Shown here: one piece after another, positions 9,193-17,501 of the stretch | How the letters are laid out: every line of letters starts with the position of its first letter | Position numbering within the stretch: position 1 is the stretch's first letter | IMG/VR virus record: IMGVR_UViG_3300037045_000024 | Location: 1 to 26,599 of that record | DNA from: a virus | Lineage: Duplodnaviria > Caudoviricetes | Reading direction: 5' to 3' (one strand) | Length of the DNA stretch: 26,599 nucleotides | Notes under the pieces: model-generated | Seen by the model: the letters and a program-made list of their open reading frames with translations, nothing else | Database searches by the model: none | Told to the model about the DNA's origin: nothing | Made by a program: the position numbers and the translations under genes

Positions 9193-12100
9193 ATGGCAGG
9201 GAGAAGTGAAGAATTAGCAAAGTTGCAAGTCGGATTGGAACTAAATGACCAAAACTTTACGAAAGCATTAGGTAATGTTTCCAAACAAAGTAAGGGTTTA
9301 GCAAGAGACTTTGATGTTGCTAGTAGAAGTATAGATAATGCAGAAAATAAAATGGAAGCATATGCTAATGCTATAGACAAAGGTAATAAAGCAATAGAAA
9401 CTAATAATCAAAAGTTGCAAATGCAGACACAAAGATATGATAATTTATTCCAAAAGACACAAAAACAAAAACAACAATATGATGAACTTAAAGAAAAACT
9501 AAAGGAACAAGAAAGAGCCTTATCTAGTCTTGCTAATACAGAAGGTAAATCTAGCAATGCATATAAGGAACAAGAGAAAGCAATAAATGATTTAAAGAAA
9601 GCATTGCAGGATAAGTTAGATTTGGTACAAAAGAACAGTAATAAGCTACAGGGTTATAGTACGGATATAGATAGAACAACTAACGATTTAGATAGATTAA
9701 GAAACGCTGTAAGAGATACTTCTCAAGCTATGGAACAATCTAATTCAGATATGGTTATGGATGGTGCAGAAGAAGGTGCTGGAAATCTATCATTATTCGG
9801 TAAAGCTACTGAATTTATAGGTGAAAAACTTGGTGGACTTGCAGGATTAGCTAAAGGCGCTGGAGCAGCATTAGTTGCATTAGTAGGTAAAGGTGCTATA
9901 GAAGGTGCGGAAAGCTATGATAATGCTATTACAGACTTAAGAATAAACTTAGGATTAACTAAAAATGAAGCCAAAACATTCTATTCAGAAATAGGTAAAG
10001 CAGCAGACGGTGGTTATACTTTCGAAGGTATAACAAGTTCCCTTGAATTGCTAAGTCAAAGGTTTAATTTATCAGGTGAAAGGTCAAAAGAATTAGCAAG
10101 AAGTTTAGATATACTTAATAGACTAGGTATAGAAAATACTGATGCGGTAACGTTTATGACTGCTGCTTATGCAAACTTAGGTATGACACAAGAAGAATCA
10201 TTAGATATGATTATGGCAGGACAACAACAAGGTTTAAACATGTCTGGTGACTGGCTTGATACTTTAATGGAGTATTCACCTGAATTTGATAAACTTGGAA
10301 ATAAAGGACAAAATGCATTTGCTTTAATTAAAGAAGCAATGGATGCAGGGGTTAAAGATTCAGATTCTGCTATTGATGCTATAAAAGAATTTTTCCTATT
10401 ATTTGAAGAAGGAGGAAGTGGAACAAAAGATACATTTTCAACTTTAGGATTAGACTTTGATACCTTAAAAGCTAAAGTAAAAGACGGTTCTTTAAGTAAT
10501 ATAGATTTCTTCCAATTAGTAAATGAAGCATTAGCTGGCGTTTCTGATGAAACTGAACGTGCTGCATTAAAGACTCAAATATATGGTGGTACTGGTGAAA
10601 AAATCACTGATGCAACTATATCAGCATGGGGAGACACTAAATTAGCAATAGAAGATACAACTGGTGCTATGGAAAATGCTAAAGATGCACAAGAAGAATC
10701 TTATGCTGCTATGCAACAAGATTTGTCTAATGAGTGGAATAACCTGAAAGAAACAATAGGAGTAGGAGTTATTCCTATTTTAAAAGCAGTAGTCGAAGAT
10801 ATTAGTGGAATAATAAACGCATTCAGTCAAATACCAGCTAACACAAGTGCTTTCGCTAATGCAATGTCTAGTGCATTTTCAGTTGGTATGGCTACAATGG
10901 ACAATGCCTTCCTAAAATTCAAATCATCGTTCTTAGATGGTAGTGCTGGACTTGCAAGTTCTATGGCAGGATTTACAAAGTCATTAGGATTAGACGGTAT
11001 GTCAAAGTCATTCAGTGACCAGGCATCTAAACTTAAAAGTGATTCTGCAAATGTAGCCAAGGAAATAGAAAAGAATAATGGAATAATAGAAAAATCTGGT
11101 TCTAAAGTTAAAGACTTCTTCGGTAAACTTGGTTCTGATGGCGTAAAAGTTAAAACTGATATTGACACTAGTAAAACAGATAAAGGTTTAGATAAAGTAA
11201 AAAAATCTGCTGATGAGGTAAATGGTAAGACTGCTAAAGTTAAAGCTACGGCAGATACTGCTGGTGCTAGTAAAAATATTACAGGATTAAAAAAGAATGT
11301 TGATGATTATAACAAAAAAGCAAGTAGTGTTAAAACAACTAAGTTTAAAACAGATACAACTAGTGCAAGTAAAAACGTTACTGGACTAAAGACTAATGTG
11401 TCTGATTATGATAAGAAAAATACTGGCAAGACTAAATCAACTAAGTTTCAAGCAGAAACGGCTGGAGCATCTAAAAATGTAACTGGATTAAAGAATAATA
11501 TAAGTAACTTTGTAAGTAGATTTGTTAAAACATTTACAACAACTTTTAAAGTAGTTACTAAATATAGTACAAGTGGAACTCCAACTAAACAAAGTAGTGG
11601 AGCAAAGACTACTGGTGCTGGTGCGGTATCTAAAAATACTATTGTTCCTACTGTAAATACTGTATCAAATCCAATTACACCTATGTCTTCAACTCCAAGT
11701 CCCGCGCCTATGAGTACTGGAGCAACTACTGTTGATTATACTATAGCACCAATGAGTACAGGGGCTACATCATCTAATGATATTAACATTGGTAGTATAA
11801 TGCCATCAATGAATTTAAATGTAGATATGCTTAGAGGTATGGAATCTGAATTAAAGAAAATAAATAATCAGTTAGATATACTTGATAAGAAATCACAAGA
11901 TGCATTCGGAAATGAAAAGATTAATTATCTTAATAAGCAGAATGAACTATACAGACAACAACAAGCCTTACAACATGAAATAGCTGAGTCAATGCGAAAA
12001 CAACAAAATGAATTAAGATATACTTTATCTCAAAAGGGATTCTATTTTAATTCAAATGGAACTGTTACTAATGATTCTGAAAAGTTATTAGATATGGAAA

Positions 12101-13560
12101 GGTATGTAAAGTATTTAGAAGAAAGAGTTAATGCAGATAAAGAAGGTAATAATGAAGCATTAAAAAACCAATATGAATCTGCAAAAGAACAACTGGCACA
12201 GACTAAACAGTATCTTGATGAATATATAGACTTAACAGATAATGGTATTCCTAATTGTTCTTCACAATGGTTGGAGCTACAAGAGAAGATAGAAGATACA
12301 AATGTTGCAATATCAAAGTCTAGTGAAGAATTTCTTTCTTTAATTAAAAATATAGATAAGTTTAGTAATAACATATCTGCATTACAGAATGAAGCAAAGT
12401 TCTTAGATATATATATAGAAAGAGCATTTGGTGACGAAAAACAAGATTTAATTGAAAAAAGAACTGAATCATTAAGAAAACAACAAGCCGAACTTCATAA
12501 TTTAGCTAATACATATAGAGAACAAGCTGCTGCATTAGCTGGTTCAACTGATCCTGACCAGATAAATGAGTATAATAATTTAGTTAATGATAAAATACCT
12601 TCACTTGGCCTTGCATGGTGGGATTTAGAGAAAGACATAGAAGATTCTCAAGCTGCTGCAACAAAAGCAATAGAAGATGCATCCAGGGAACAACTTAATA
12701 AAGTCAAGCAGATAGAAGACAAAATAACTGATATATATAAAGACGAAATTGAGGATAGAAAAGATTTACTTAATGAAGAATTAAGAGAAAAGTTAAAATT
12801 ACTCGATAAGGAAAAAGATGCTTATAACAAAATACGTCAAGAAATTAATTATAAGGATGATTTAAAAGAACAACAAGATGCTATATCTGAATTACAAAAG
12901 AAAATTGATTCTGCTAGTAGAGATACGAGTTTAAGTGGTCAGGCTAGATTAAAAGATTTAGTTGATGAAATGAAAGACCAACAAAAGAAACTCGAAGAAA
13001 TGGTGCAACAAAATATAGACGAACAAGTTTCAGGAATGTATGATTCTGAAAAAGATAGGTTATCTGAGGATGCTGAAAGGTCTATTAAAGACTTAGAGAA
13101 TAAATTTTCTGATTCTAATATTGCGGAGTATGTAAATAAGGCTTTAGGTGATGGTGTATTTACTGACATAGATGGTAATGTTAGAAATCTAAAGGATACC
13201 ATGATGGAATTTTTAGATGAAAGTGGAGAAGCATTTGGAGTACTTGGTAATGTAATTAAGAATGATTTAAATTCTAACCTACAACAAGCATTAGATACAT
13301 TTAAGAATTTAGATAGTGTTTATGGTGGATTAAATATAAAAGTTCCAAGTGTAGATTATAGTTCTCAAAGATATAACCCATCTGCTAGTAATAATACTAC
13401 AAATAATACAACAAGCACACAAAATGTTACTGTTCAATTTAATCAGCCTTTAGTTCAAGTTCAAGGAAATGTAACTGAGGATGTTATGCCAGGCTTAAAG
13501 AAGATGATTAAAGAAGCAGAAAAAGAAATTACGAATAATATAGTTAAATCTATAAAATAG
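9193..13560 (+). CDS. Tail tape measure protein
   Basis: N-terminal LQVGLELNDQNFTKAL, coiled coil, PhageMin_Tail-like core (GLNMSGDWLDTLMEYSPEF, DAIKEF), internal repeats, typical TMP C-terminus (NVTVQFNQPLVQVQG). ATG at 9193 follows GAGTGGTG; the ORF track starts at 9181. Confidence 0.93.
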   Translation: MAGRSEELAKLQVGLELNDQNFTKALGNVSKQSKGLARDFDVASRSIDNAENKMEAYANAIDKGNKAIETNNQKLQMQTQRYDNLFQKTQKQKQQYDELKEKLKEQERALSSLANTEGKSSNAYKEQEKAINDLKKALQDKLDLVQKNSNKLQGYSTDIDRTTNDLDRLRNAVRDTSQAMEQSNSDMVMDGAEEGAGNLSLFGKATEFIGEKLGGLAGLAKGAGAALVALVGKGAIEGAESYDNAITDLRINLGLTKNEAKTFYSEIGKAADGGYTFEGITSSLELLSQRFNLSGERSKELARSLDILNRLGIENTDAVTFMTAAYANLGMTQEESLDMIMAGQQQGLNMSGDWLDTLMEYSPEFDKLGNKGQNAFALIKEAMDAGVKDSDSAIDAIKEFFLLFEEGGSGTKDTFSTLGLDFDTLKAKVKDGSLSNIDFFQLVNEALAGVSDETERAALKTQIYGGTGEKITDATISAWGDTKLAIEDTTGAMENAKDAQEESYAAMQQDLSNEWNNLKETIGVGVIPILKAVVEDISGIINAFSQIPANTSAFANAMSSAFSVGMATMDNAFLKFKSSFLDGSAGLASSMAGFTKSLGLDGMSKSFSDQASKLKSDSANVAKEIEKNNGIIEKSGSKVKDFFGKLGSDGVKVKTDIDTSKTDKGLDKVKKSADEVNGKTAKVKATADTAGASKNITGLKKNVDDYNKKASSVKTTKFKTDTTSASKNVTGLKTNVSDYDKKNTGKTKSTKFQAETAGASKNVTGLKNNISNFVSRFVKTFTTTFKVVTKYSTSGTPTKQSSGAKTTGAGAVSKNTIVPTVNTVSNPITPMSSTPSPAPMSTGATTVDYTIAPMSTGATSSNDINIGSIMPSMNLNVDMLRGMESELKKINNQLDILDKKSQDAFGNEKINYLNKQNELYRQQQALQHEIAESMRKQQNELRYTLSQKGFYFNSNGTVTNDSEKLLDMERYVKYLEERVNADKEGNNEALKNQYESAKEQLAQTKQYLDEYIDLTDNGIPNCSSQWLELQEKIEDTNVAISKSSEEFLSLIKNIDKFSNNISALQNEAKFLDIYIERAFGDEKQDLIEKRTESLRKQQAELHNLANTYREQAAALAGSTDPDQINEYNNLVNDKIPSLGLAWWDLEKDIEDSQAAATKAIEDASREQLNKVKQIEDKITDIYKDEIEDRKDLLNEELREKLKLLDKEKDAYNKIRQEINYKDDLKEQQDAISELQKKIDSASRDTSLSGQARLKDLVDEMKDQQKKLEEMVQQNIDEQVSGMYDSEKDRLSEDAERSIKDLENKFSDSNIAEYVNKALGDGVFTDIDGNVRNLKDTMMEFLDESGEAFGVLGNVIKNDLNSNLQQALDTFKNLDSVYGGLNIKVPSVDYSSQRYNPSASNNTTNNTTSTQNVTVQFNQPLVQVQGNVTEDVMPGLKKMIKEAEKEITNNIVKSIK
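11254..11502 (+). repeat. Three ~33-aa tandem repeats in tape measure protein
   Basis: DTAGASKNITGLKKNV / DTTSASKNVTGLKTNV / ETAGASKNVTGLKNNI. Confidence 0.8.
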
Positions 13561-13573
13561 TAATTTTAAATGA

Positions 13574-13606
13574 ATGGGCTATAGGTATTAATTCACTTAT
13601 AACCAT
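13574..13606. repeat. Palindromic cassette-boundary repeat, copy 1 (terminator-like)
   Basis: atGGGCTATAGGTATTAATTCACTTATAACCat; near-identical to the copies at 15425 and 16378. Confidence 0.8.
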
Positions 13607-13620
13607 ATTTTGTAAATACA

Positions 13621-13629
13621 TGTTATAAT
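13621..13629 (+). promoter_or_regulatory. Extended -10 promoter for LRR-SLH gene
   Basis: TGTTATAAT upstream of the AGGAGG SD (13650-13655). Confidence 0.55.
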
Positions 13630-13662
13630 TAGTATGAGATATTTAAAGTAGGAGGAGAATGG

Positions 13663-15420
13663 ATGAAAAAATATAAAAACATAGCAATAGCAATAACAAT
13701 ACTAATATGCGTGGCTATGCCAATAGGAAAAGTTAATGCCAATGAGGTTAAAACTACTCAAGACACACAATATGAGGCTAATGATATCGTAAATATTCCG
13801 GATTACAATTTAAAGAAGGCTATAAATAAACAATTAGGAAAAGTTGCATTATTATCAGATATAACTAAAGAAGAAATGAAATCTTTAACAGTATTAAGGA
13901 TTAATGCTGGTTATGATCCTAGAAATAATATAAGCGATTTAACTGGTCTAGAAACTGCAGTTAATTTAACAGAACTAGGATTAAATGGTCACAGCATAGA
14001 GGATATAAACCCTCTATCAAATTTAACAAACTTGAATGAGTTAGACGTATCTGCAAACAAAATAACTGATATAACACCTATAGCAAATTTGACAAATTTA
14101 TCATATTTAAATGTAAATGGCAATCAAATAACTAGCTTAAATGGAATACAAAATCTTGAAAATCTAATAGAATTAAATGTTAGTAGTGATATCTTGAAAG
14201 ATTTAACTCCTATTAAAGACTTAACAAATTTGAAAACTTTAACCATATCAGGTTCGAATGTTTCAGATATAAGTATCATTGATAACTTAGTTAATTTAGA
14301 ACACTTAAGTATTAACTCTACTAATGTAGAGGATATAAGTGCTCTAAAAAACTTAACAAAACTTAATGAGTTATTTATAAATAATTGCAAAGTTAAGGAT
14401 ATAAGTGCTTTATCCAACCTTACTAATTTAAAGATGTTAGACTTAGCTGTAAATAATATTGAAGATATACGTGCTCTATCTAATATGAATAACTTAGAGT
14501 GTTTACAACTTAGGACAAATAAAGTTAAGGATTTGACTCCACTAATAAATCTATCTAATTTATCATCACTAGATGTAGCTGCAAATTCAATCCAAGATCT
14601 GAGGGCACTTAAAAAGATGCCCAACCTTACTTATGCAGATTTATTTAAACAAAAAATACAATTATCTAAAATCACTACTAGTAATGGTGAGGTAATTATG
14701 GAAATACCAAAGGTTTATGATATAGAGGGAGCATTACTTAAACCTACAAATTACTTTGGTGGGAGTGGCTATGAAATATATAACAACAATGTAATCTGGA
14801 AAAATATAAATGAAAATATAGATGTAGGAGTTACTTTTAAATCTATAGCTACAGTTGGAAATAATGATGATTTAGAGTACAGTGTTACTTTTACTCAGCC
14901 TGTTGTAGCGATTAACGATATAACAGGACATTGGGCAGAGGCATCAATAAGAGATTTTATAAATAAAGGATATATAAATGGATATCCAGATAATACATTC
15001 AAGCCCAATAATTCTATAACAAGAGCTGAATTTGTAAAAATATTCAATAGGAAATTTGGGTTGACTACAACAAGTGGAAAGGTATTTAATGATACTATAT
15101 ATAATTGGGCAAAAAATGAAATAGATATAGCTGTAACTAATGGAGTATGTAATGGAATGTCTGCTACAGAATTTAAACCTAATGATCCAATAACAAGAGA
15201 ACAAGCAGCAGTAATGATTGCTAACTATAAGAAAATAGCAGATAGTACTTTAGATAAATTAAATAAATATCAAGATGTTAACGAAGTATCTAGTTGGGCA
15301 AAGGATAGTGTTGAAGGTGTAATAGAAAATGGATACATGGGTGCTGGAGGAATAGCATTTAATCCTAAAAATAATATAACTAGAGCCGAAACTGCAGTAG
15401 CATTAGGAAGAATTAATTAA
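13663..15420 (+). CDS. Internalin-like leucine-rich-repeat surface protein with three C-terminal SLH domains
   Basis: Sec signal peptide, internalin-type cap (VNIPDYNLKKAINKQLG), about eleven 22-aa LRRs (LSNLTNLNELDVSANKITDI), LRR-adjacent region, SLH motifs GYPDNTFKPNNSITRAEF, FKPNDPITREQAA, FNPKNNITRAETA. Confidence 0.93.
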   Translation: MKKYKNIAIAITILICVAMPIGKVNANEVKTTQDTQYEANDIVNIPDYNLKKAINKQLGKVALLSDITKEEMKSLTVLRINAGYDPRNNISDLTGLETAVNLTELGLNGHSIEDINPLSNLTNLNELDVSANKITDITPIANLTNLSYLNVNGNQITSLNGIQNLENLIELNVSSDILKDLTPIKDLTNLKTLTISGSNVSDISIIDNLVNLEHLSINSTNVEDISALKNLTKLNELFINNCKVKDISALSNLTNLKMLDLAVNNIEDIRALSNMNNLECLQLRTNKVKDLTPLINLSNLSSLDVAANSIQDLRALKKMPNLTYADLFKQKIQLSKITTSNGEVIMEIPKVYDIEGALLKPTNYFGGSGYEIYNNNVIWKNINENIDVGVTFKSIATVGNNDDLEYSVTFTQPVVAINDITGHWAEASIRDFINKGYINGYPDNTFKPNNSITRAEFVKIFNRKFGLTTTSGKVFNDTIYNWAKNEIDIAVTNGVCNGMSATEFKPNDPITREQAAVMIANYKKIADSTLDKLNKYQDVNEVSSWAKDSVEGVIENGYMGAGGIAFNPKNNITRAETAVALGRIN

Positions 15421-15424
15421 ACGG

Positions 15425-15466
15425 TAGGGTTATAGGGATTAATTTCCTTATAACCTTATTTTTTTT
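15425..15466 (+). repeat. Palindromic cassette-boundary repeat, copy 2 (terminator)
   Basis: taGGGTTATAGGGATTAATTTCCTTATAACCtta followed by a T-tract. Confidence 0.85.
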
Positions 15467-15621
15467 GATTAGTTTCAAATTCTGACAAAAAATAAATAAT
15501 AAATATACTATACTGTTTTTGAAATACTTTTTATTCTCTTCAATCTGAGTAAAATAATATAGAGGAATTATAAAAAAATAAATTGCTGAGGGAATAGATA
15601 TAAAAATAGGGGGTGAGGTAT

Positions 15622-16374
15622 ATGAGTGAATTTAAAAATGATACTGAAGAACAAGAGGTAACAGAAGAAAAAAGTGAAAACAAAAGTAATAAAACAAAAA
15701 TATTTAAAGGTGTAAAAATTAAAAGCACATTAAAACACTCGATAGGATTTGTAGCAGGTTTAACAATAGGGTTTGTATTAGCGATTATTGCAAGTATTGG
15801 TGTTTATGATGATAATGCAGAATATCTAGAAACAATAGCAAGTCAAGAAACTACAATTCAAGAGCAAGAAATAAAATTATCACAAGCCAAGCCGTGGTTT
15901 AAAATGGAGTTAAACGAACAAAAGAAAATAGAAGAACAAAATGAAAAAGTTGAATCAGAAAGATTAGCAGCAGAAAAACAACAAGCAGAGAAAGATAGAA
16001 CTGAACAAGAAAAGAAAGCAGAAGAAGAAAGATTAGCTAAAGAACAAGAAGAGAAGAAGGGATATGATACAGGGATTACATATAGTGATTTAGCTAGAAA
16101 CCCTAAAGATCATGTAGGTGAAAAAGTTAAGTTTAAAGGTGAGGTTATCCAAGTAATGGAAGGCGATTCAGAGGTTCAAATAAGATTAGCGGTTAATGGA
16201 GATTCTAACAACGTAATATACTGTGTATACGATAGTTCATTAGTTGATTCGAGGGTGTTAGAAGACGATTATATTACGGTAATGGGATTGAGTTCTGACG
16301 TAATAACATATGATTCAACAATGGGTGGAAGTATAACAATACCTTCTATGCTAGTTCAAAAGATAGATATGTAG
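15622..16374 (+). CDS. TcdC-like membrane protein (TM helix, coiled coil, C-terminal OB fold)
   Basis: PWFKM, EEKKGYDTGITYSDLARNP, KVKFKGEVIQV, EVQIRLAV, SRVLEDDYIT, ITYDSTMGGSITIP closely follow the C. difficile TcdC sequence as recalled. ATG at 15622; the ORF track starts at 15613. Confidence 0.88.
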   Translation: MSEFKNDTEEQEVTEEKSENKSNKTKIFKGVKIKSTLKHSIGFVAGLTIGFVLAIIASIGVYDDNAEYLETIASQETTIQEQEIKLSQAKPWFKMELNEQKKIEEQNEKVESERLAAEKQQAEKDRTEQEKKAEEERLAKEQEEKKGYDTGITYSDLARNPKDHVGEKVKFKGEVIQVMEGDSEVQIRLAVNGDSNNVIYCVYDSSLVDSRVLEDDYITVMGLSSDVITYDSTMGGSITIPSMLVQKIDM

Positions 16375-16377
16375 ATT

Positions 16378-16417
16378 AAAAAGCTATAGGGATTAATTTC
16401 CTTATAGCCTTTTTTTT
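16378..16417. repeat. Palindromic cassette-boundary repeat, copy 3 (bidirectional terminator)
   Basis: aaaaAGCTATAGGGATTAATTTCCTTATAGCCtttttttt between convergent genes. Confidence 0.85.
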
Positions 16418-16769
16418 ATGCTATTTTAGTTAACATTCTATACTCATTATATAGATTCCATACAAAGCCTTTAGTTGGATTCTTTATACAATTCTTAATT
16501 ATGTTATGTCTTAATATTTCTAAGCTCTTAGAATCCAATCTATTATGTATATCAATAACATTTCCCATTTCATAGGTAAATATTGCCTCATGAAATAAAC
16601 ATTTTAATTGTTCATTTACTTCATCTATGTTATTACTATTTAAAGCAGAGAATATGTTATTTACTAAAGATATTATTTGTTCCTTATTGTTACTTAATTT
16701 ATTAACATAAGCCATTCTATCCTTATTGTTTTCTACTATACTTCCATTTCCTAATCCTATATATATCAT
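16416..16769 (-). CDS. Hypothetical protein downstream of AbrB-type gene
   Basis: Open frame; GGGGG SD (16778-16782) 8 nt before the ATG at 16769; the ORF track uses TTG 16775. No recognisable domain. Confidence 0.7.
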   Translation of the reverse strand: MIYIGLGNGSIVENNKDRMAYVNKLSNNKEQIISLVNNIFSALNSNNIDEVNEQLKCLFHEAIFTYEMGNVIDIHNRLDSKSLEILRHNIIKNCIKNPTKGFVWNLYNEYRMLTKIA

Positions 16770-16785
16770 TTGCAAATCCCCCTAG

Positions 16786-16815
16786 TTGACACTAAAGACC
16801 AAAATGAGATATAAT
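16786..16815 (+). promoter_or_regulatory. Consensus sigma-A promoter, antisense to the minus-strand operon
   Basis: TTGACA (16786-16791), 18 nt spacer, TATAAT (16810-16815). Confidence 0.8.
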
Positions 16816-16821
16816 CTAATT

Positions 16822-16867
16822 GCGAGTTAGGTGCTATATCCATTTGGAGTAGTGCCTTATTTTTTTA
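16822..16867 (+). ncRNA. Putative ~45-nt antisense RNA
   Basis: Perfect promoter followed by hairpin AGGTGCTA..TCCATTTGGA..TAGTGCCT and a T-tract; ends approximate. Confidence 0.55.
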
Positions 16868-16907
16868 TAGTTTGTTTGAGGCGTTGCCCCACTCAAAAGA
16901 GTAGGGA

Positions 16908-17078
16908 CTATTTTTTCTTGATGATTATTTTATCATCTTCTAATGTTACTTCTACATTTCTTTCATCAGGTGTTATACCTAATTCTCTTACCCAAGTCAC
17001 AGGAATCCCAAGCTTAGTTGTAACGCTGCCCGATCCTCCAGTTGTAAAAGTTATTTTTAAGTCTCTTTTTTCTTTCAA
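16908..17078 (-). CDS. AbrB/MazE/SpoVT-family DNA-binding protein
   Basis: 56 aa MKEKRDLKITFTTGGSGSVTTKLGIPVTWVRELGITPDERNVEVTLEDDKIIIKKK (IP..W...LGI....V.V...D.KIII); TTG start, GAGGTG SD. Not in the ORF track. Confidence 0.85.
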   Translation of the reverse strand: MKEKRDLKITFTTGGSGSVTTKLGIPVTWVRELGITPDERNVEVTLEDDKIIIKKK

Positions 17079-17501
17079 GTTATCACCTCAACTCTTAATT
17101 ATAGTGTACTATATTAATGACTGACCGTCAATGCCTTTTTAACATTTTTAGCAAACATGGAATTGATATAGTTTTTGGATGTAGTAGTGGAAGGGATAAA
17201 ACATCCCATCGTTGATAATACTGGGTTCATGAAACATGAGGTCGTTACAATCACTAAAACTGAGTTAAAAGATTCTGATAAAATCAATTAAGACACTTAA
17301 TGCTTGAAAGTGTTGAAAATACTCTAACTGGACATAATGTCAAATTAGAAATTCCATCTAGACGACTAACATTAATACCAAAAAGAGCGCTGACAATTAA
17401 TTAAATTACAATTTAAAATATGTTTTTAAAAAAAATTTAAAAACGGTTGATATATAATAAAAATTGGGTTAATATTACAATATATTTAAATAATAGGAGG
17501 T

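Noticed and set aside
1164-15204. Minus-strand ORFs inside structural and LRR genes (1164-1523, 3346-3555, 4576-4758, 4721-4963, 4957-5211, 6321-6545, 6386-6691, 7492-7773, 9147-9380, 10827-11168, 12042-12374, 12939-13202, 14124-14624, 14944-15204)
   Set aside because: Antisense shadows of well-supported genes; F/S/L/I-rich composition, no motifs.
13663-15420. LRR-SLH protein as the missing receptor-binding protein
   Set aside because: Sec signal peptide and own promoter/terminator indicate an exported cell-surface moron, not a virion part.
15540-15728. 62-aa minus-strand ORF (likewise 23938-24126 and 25793-26002)
   Set aside because: Antisense to real genes; no independent support.
16831-17124. 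97-aa plus-strand ORF
   Set aside because: Shadow of the AbrB-type gene on the minus strand; runs through a terminator and lacks an SD.
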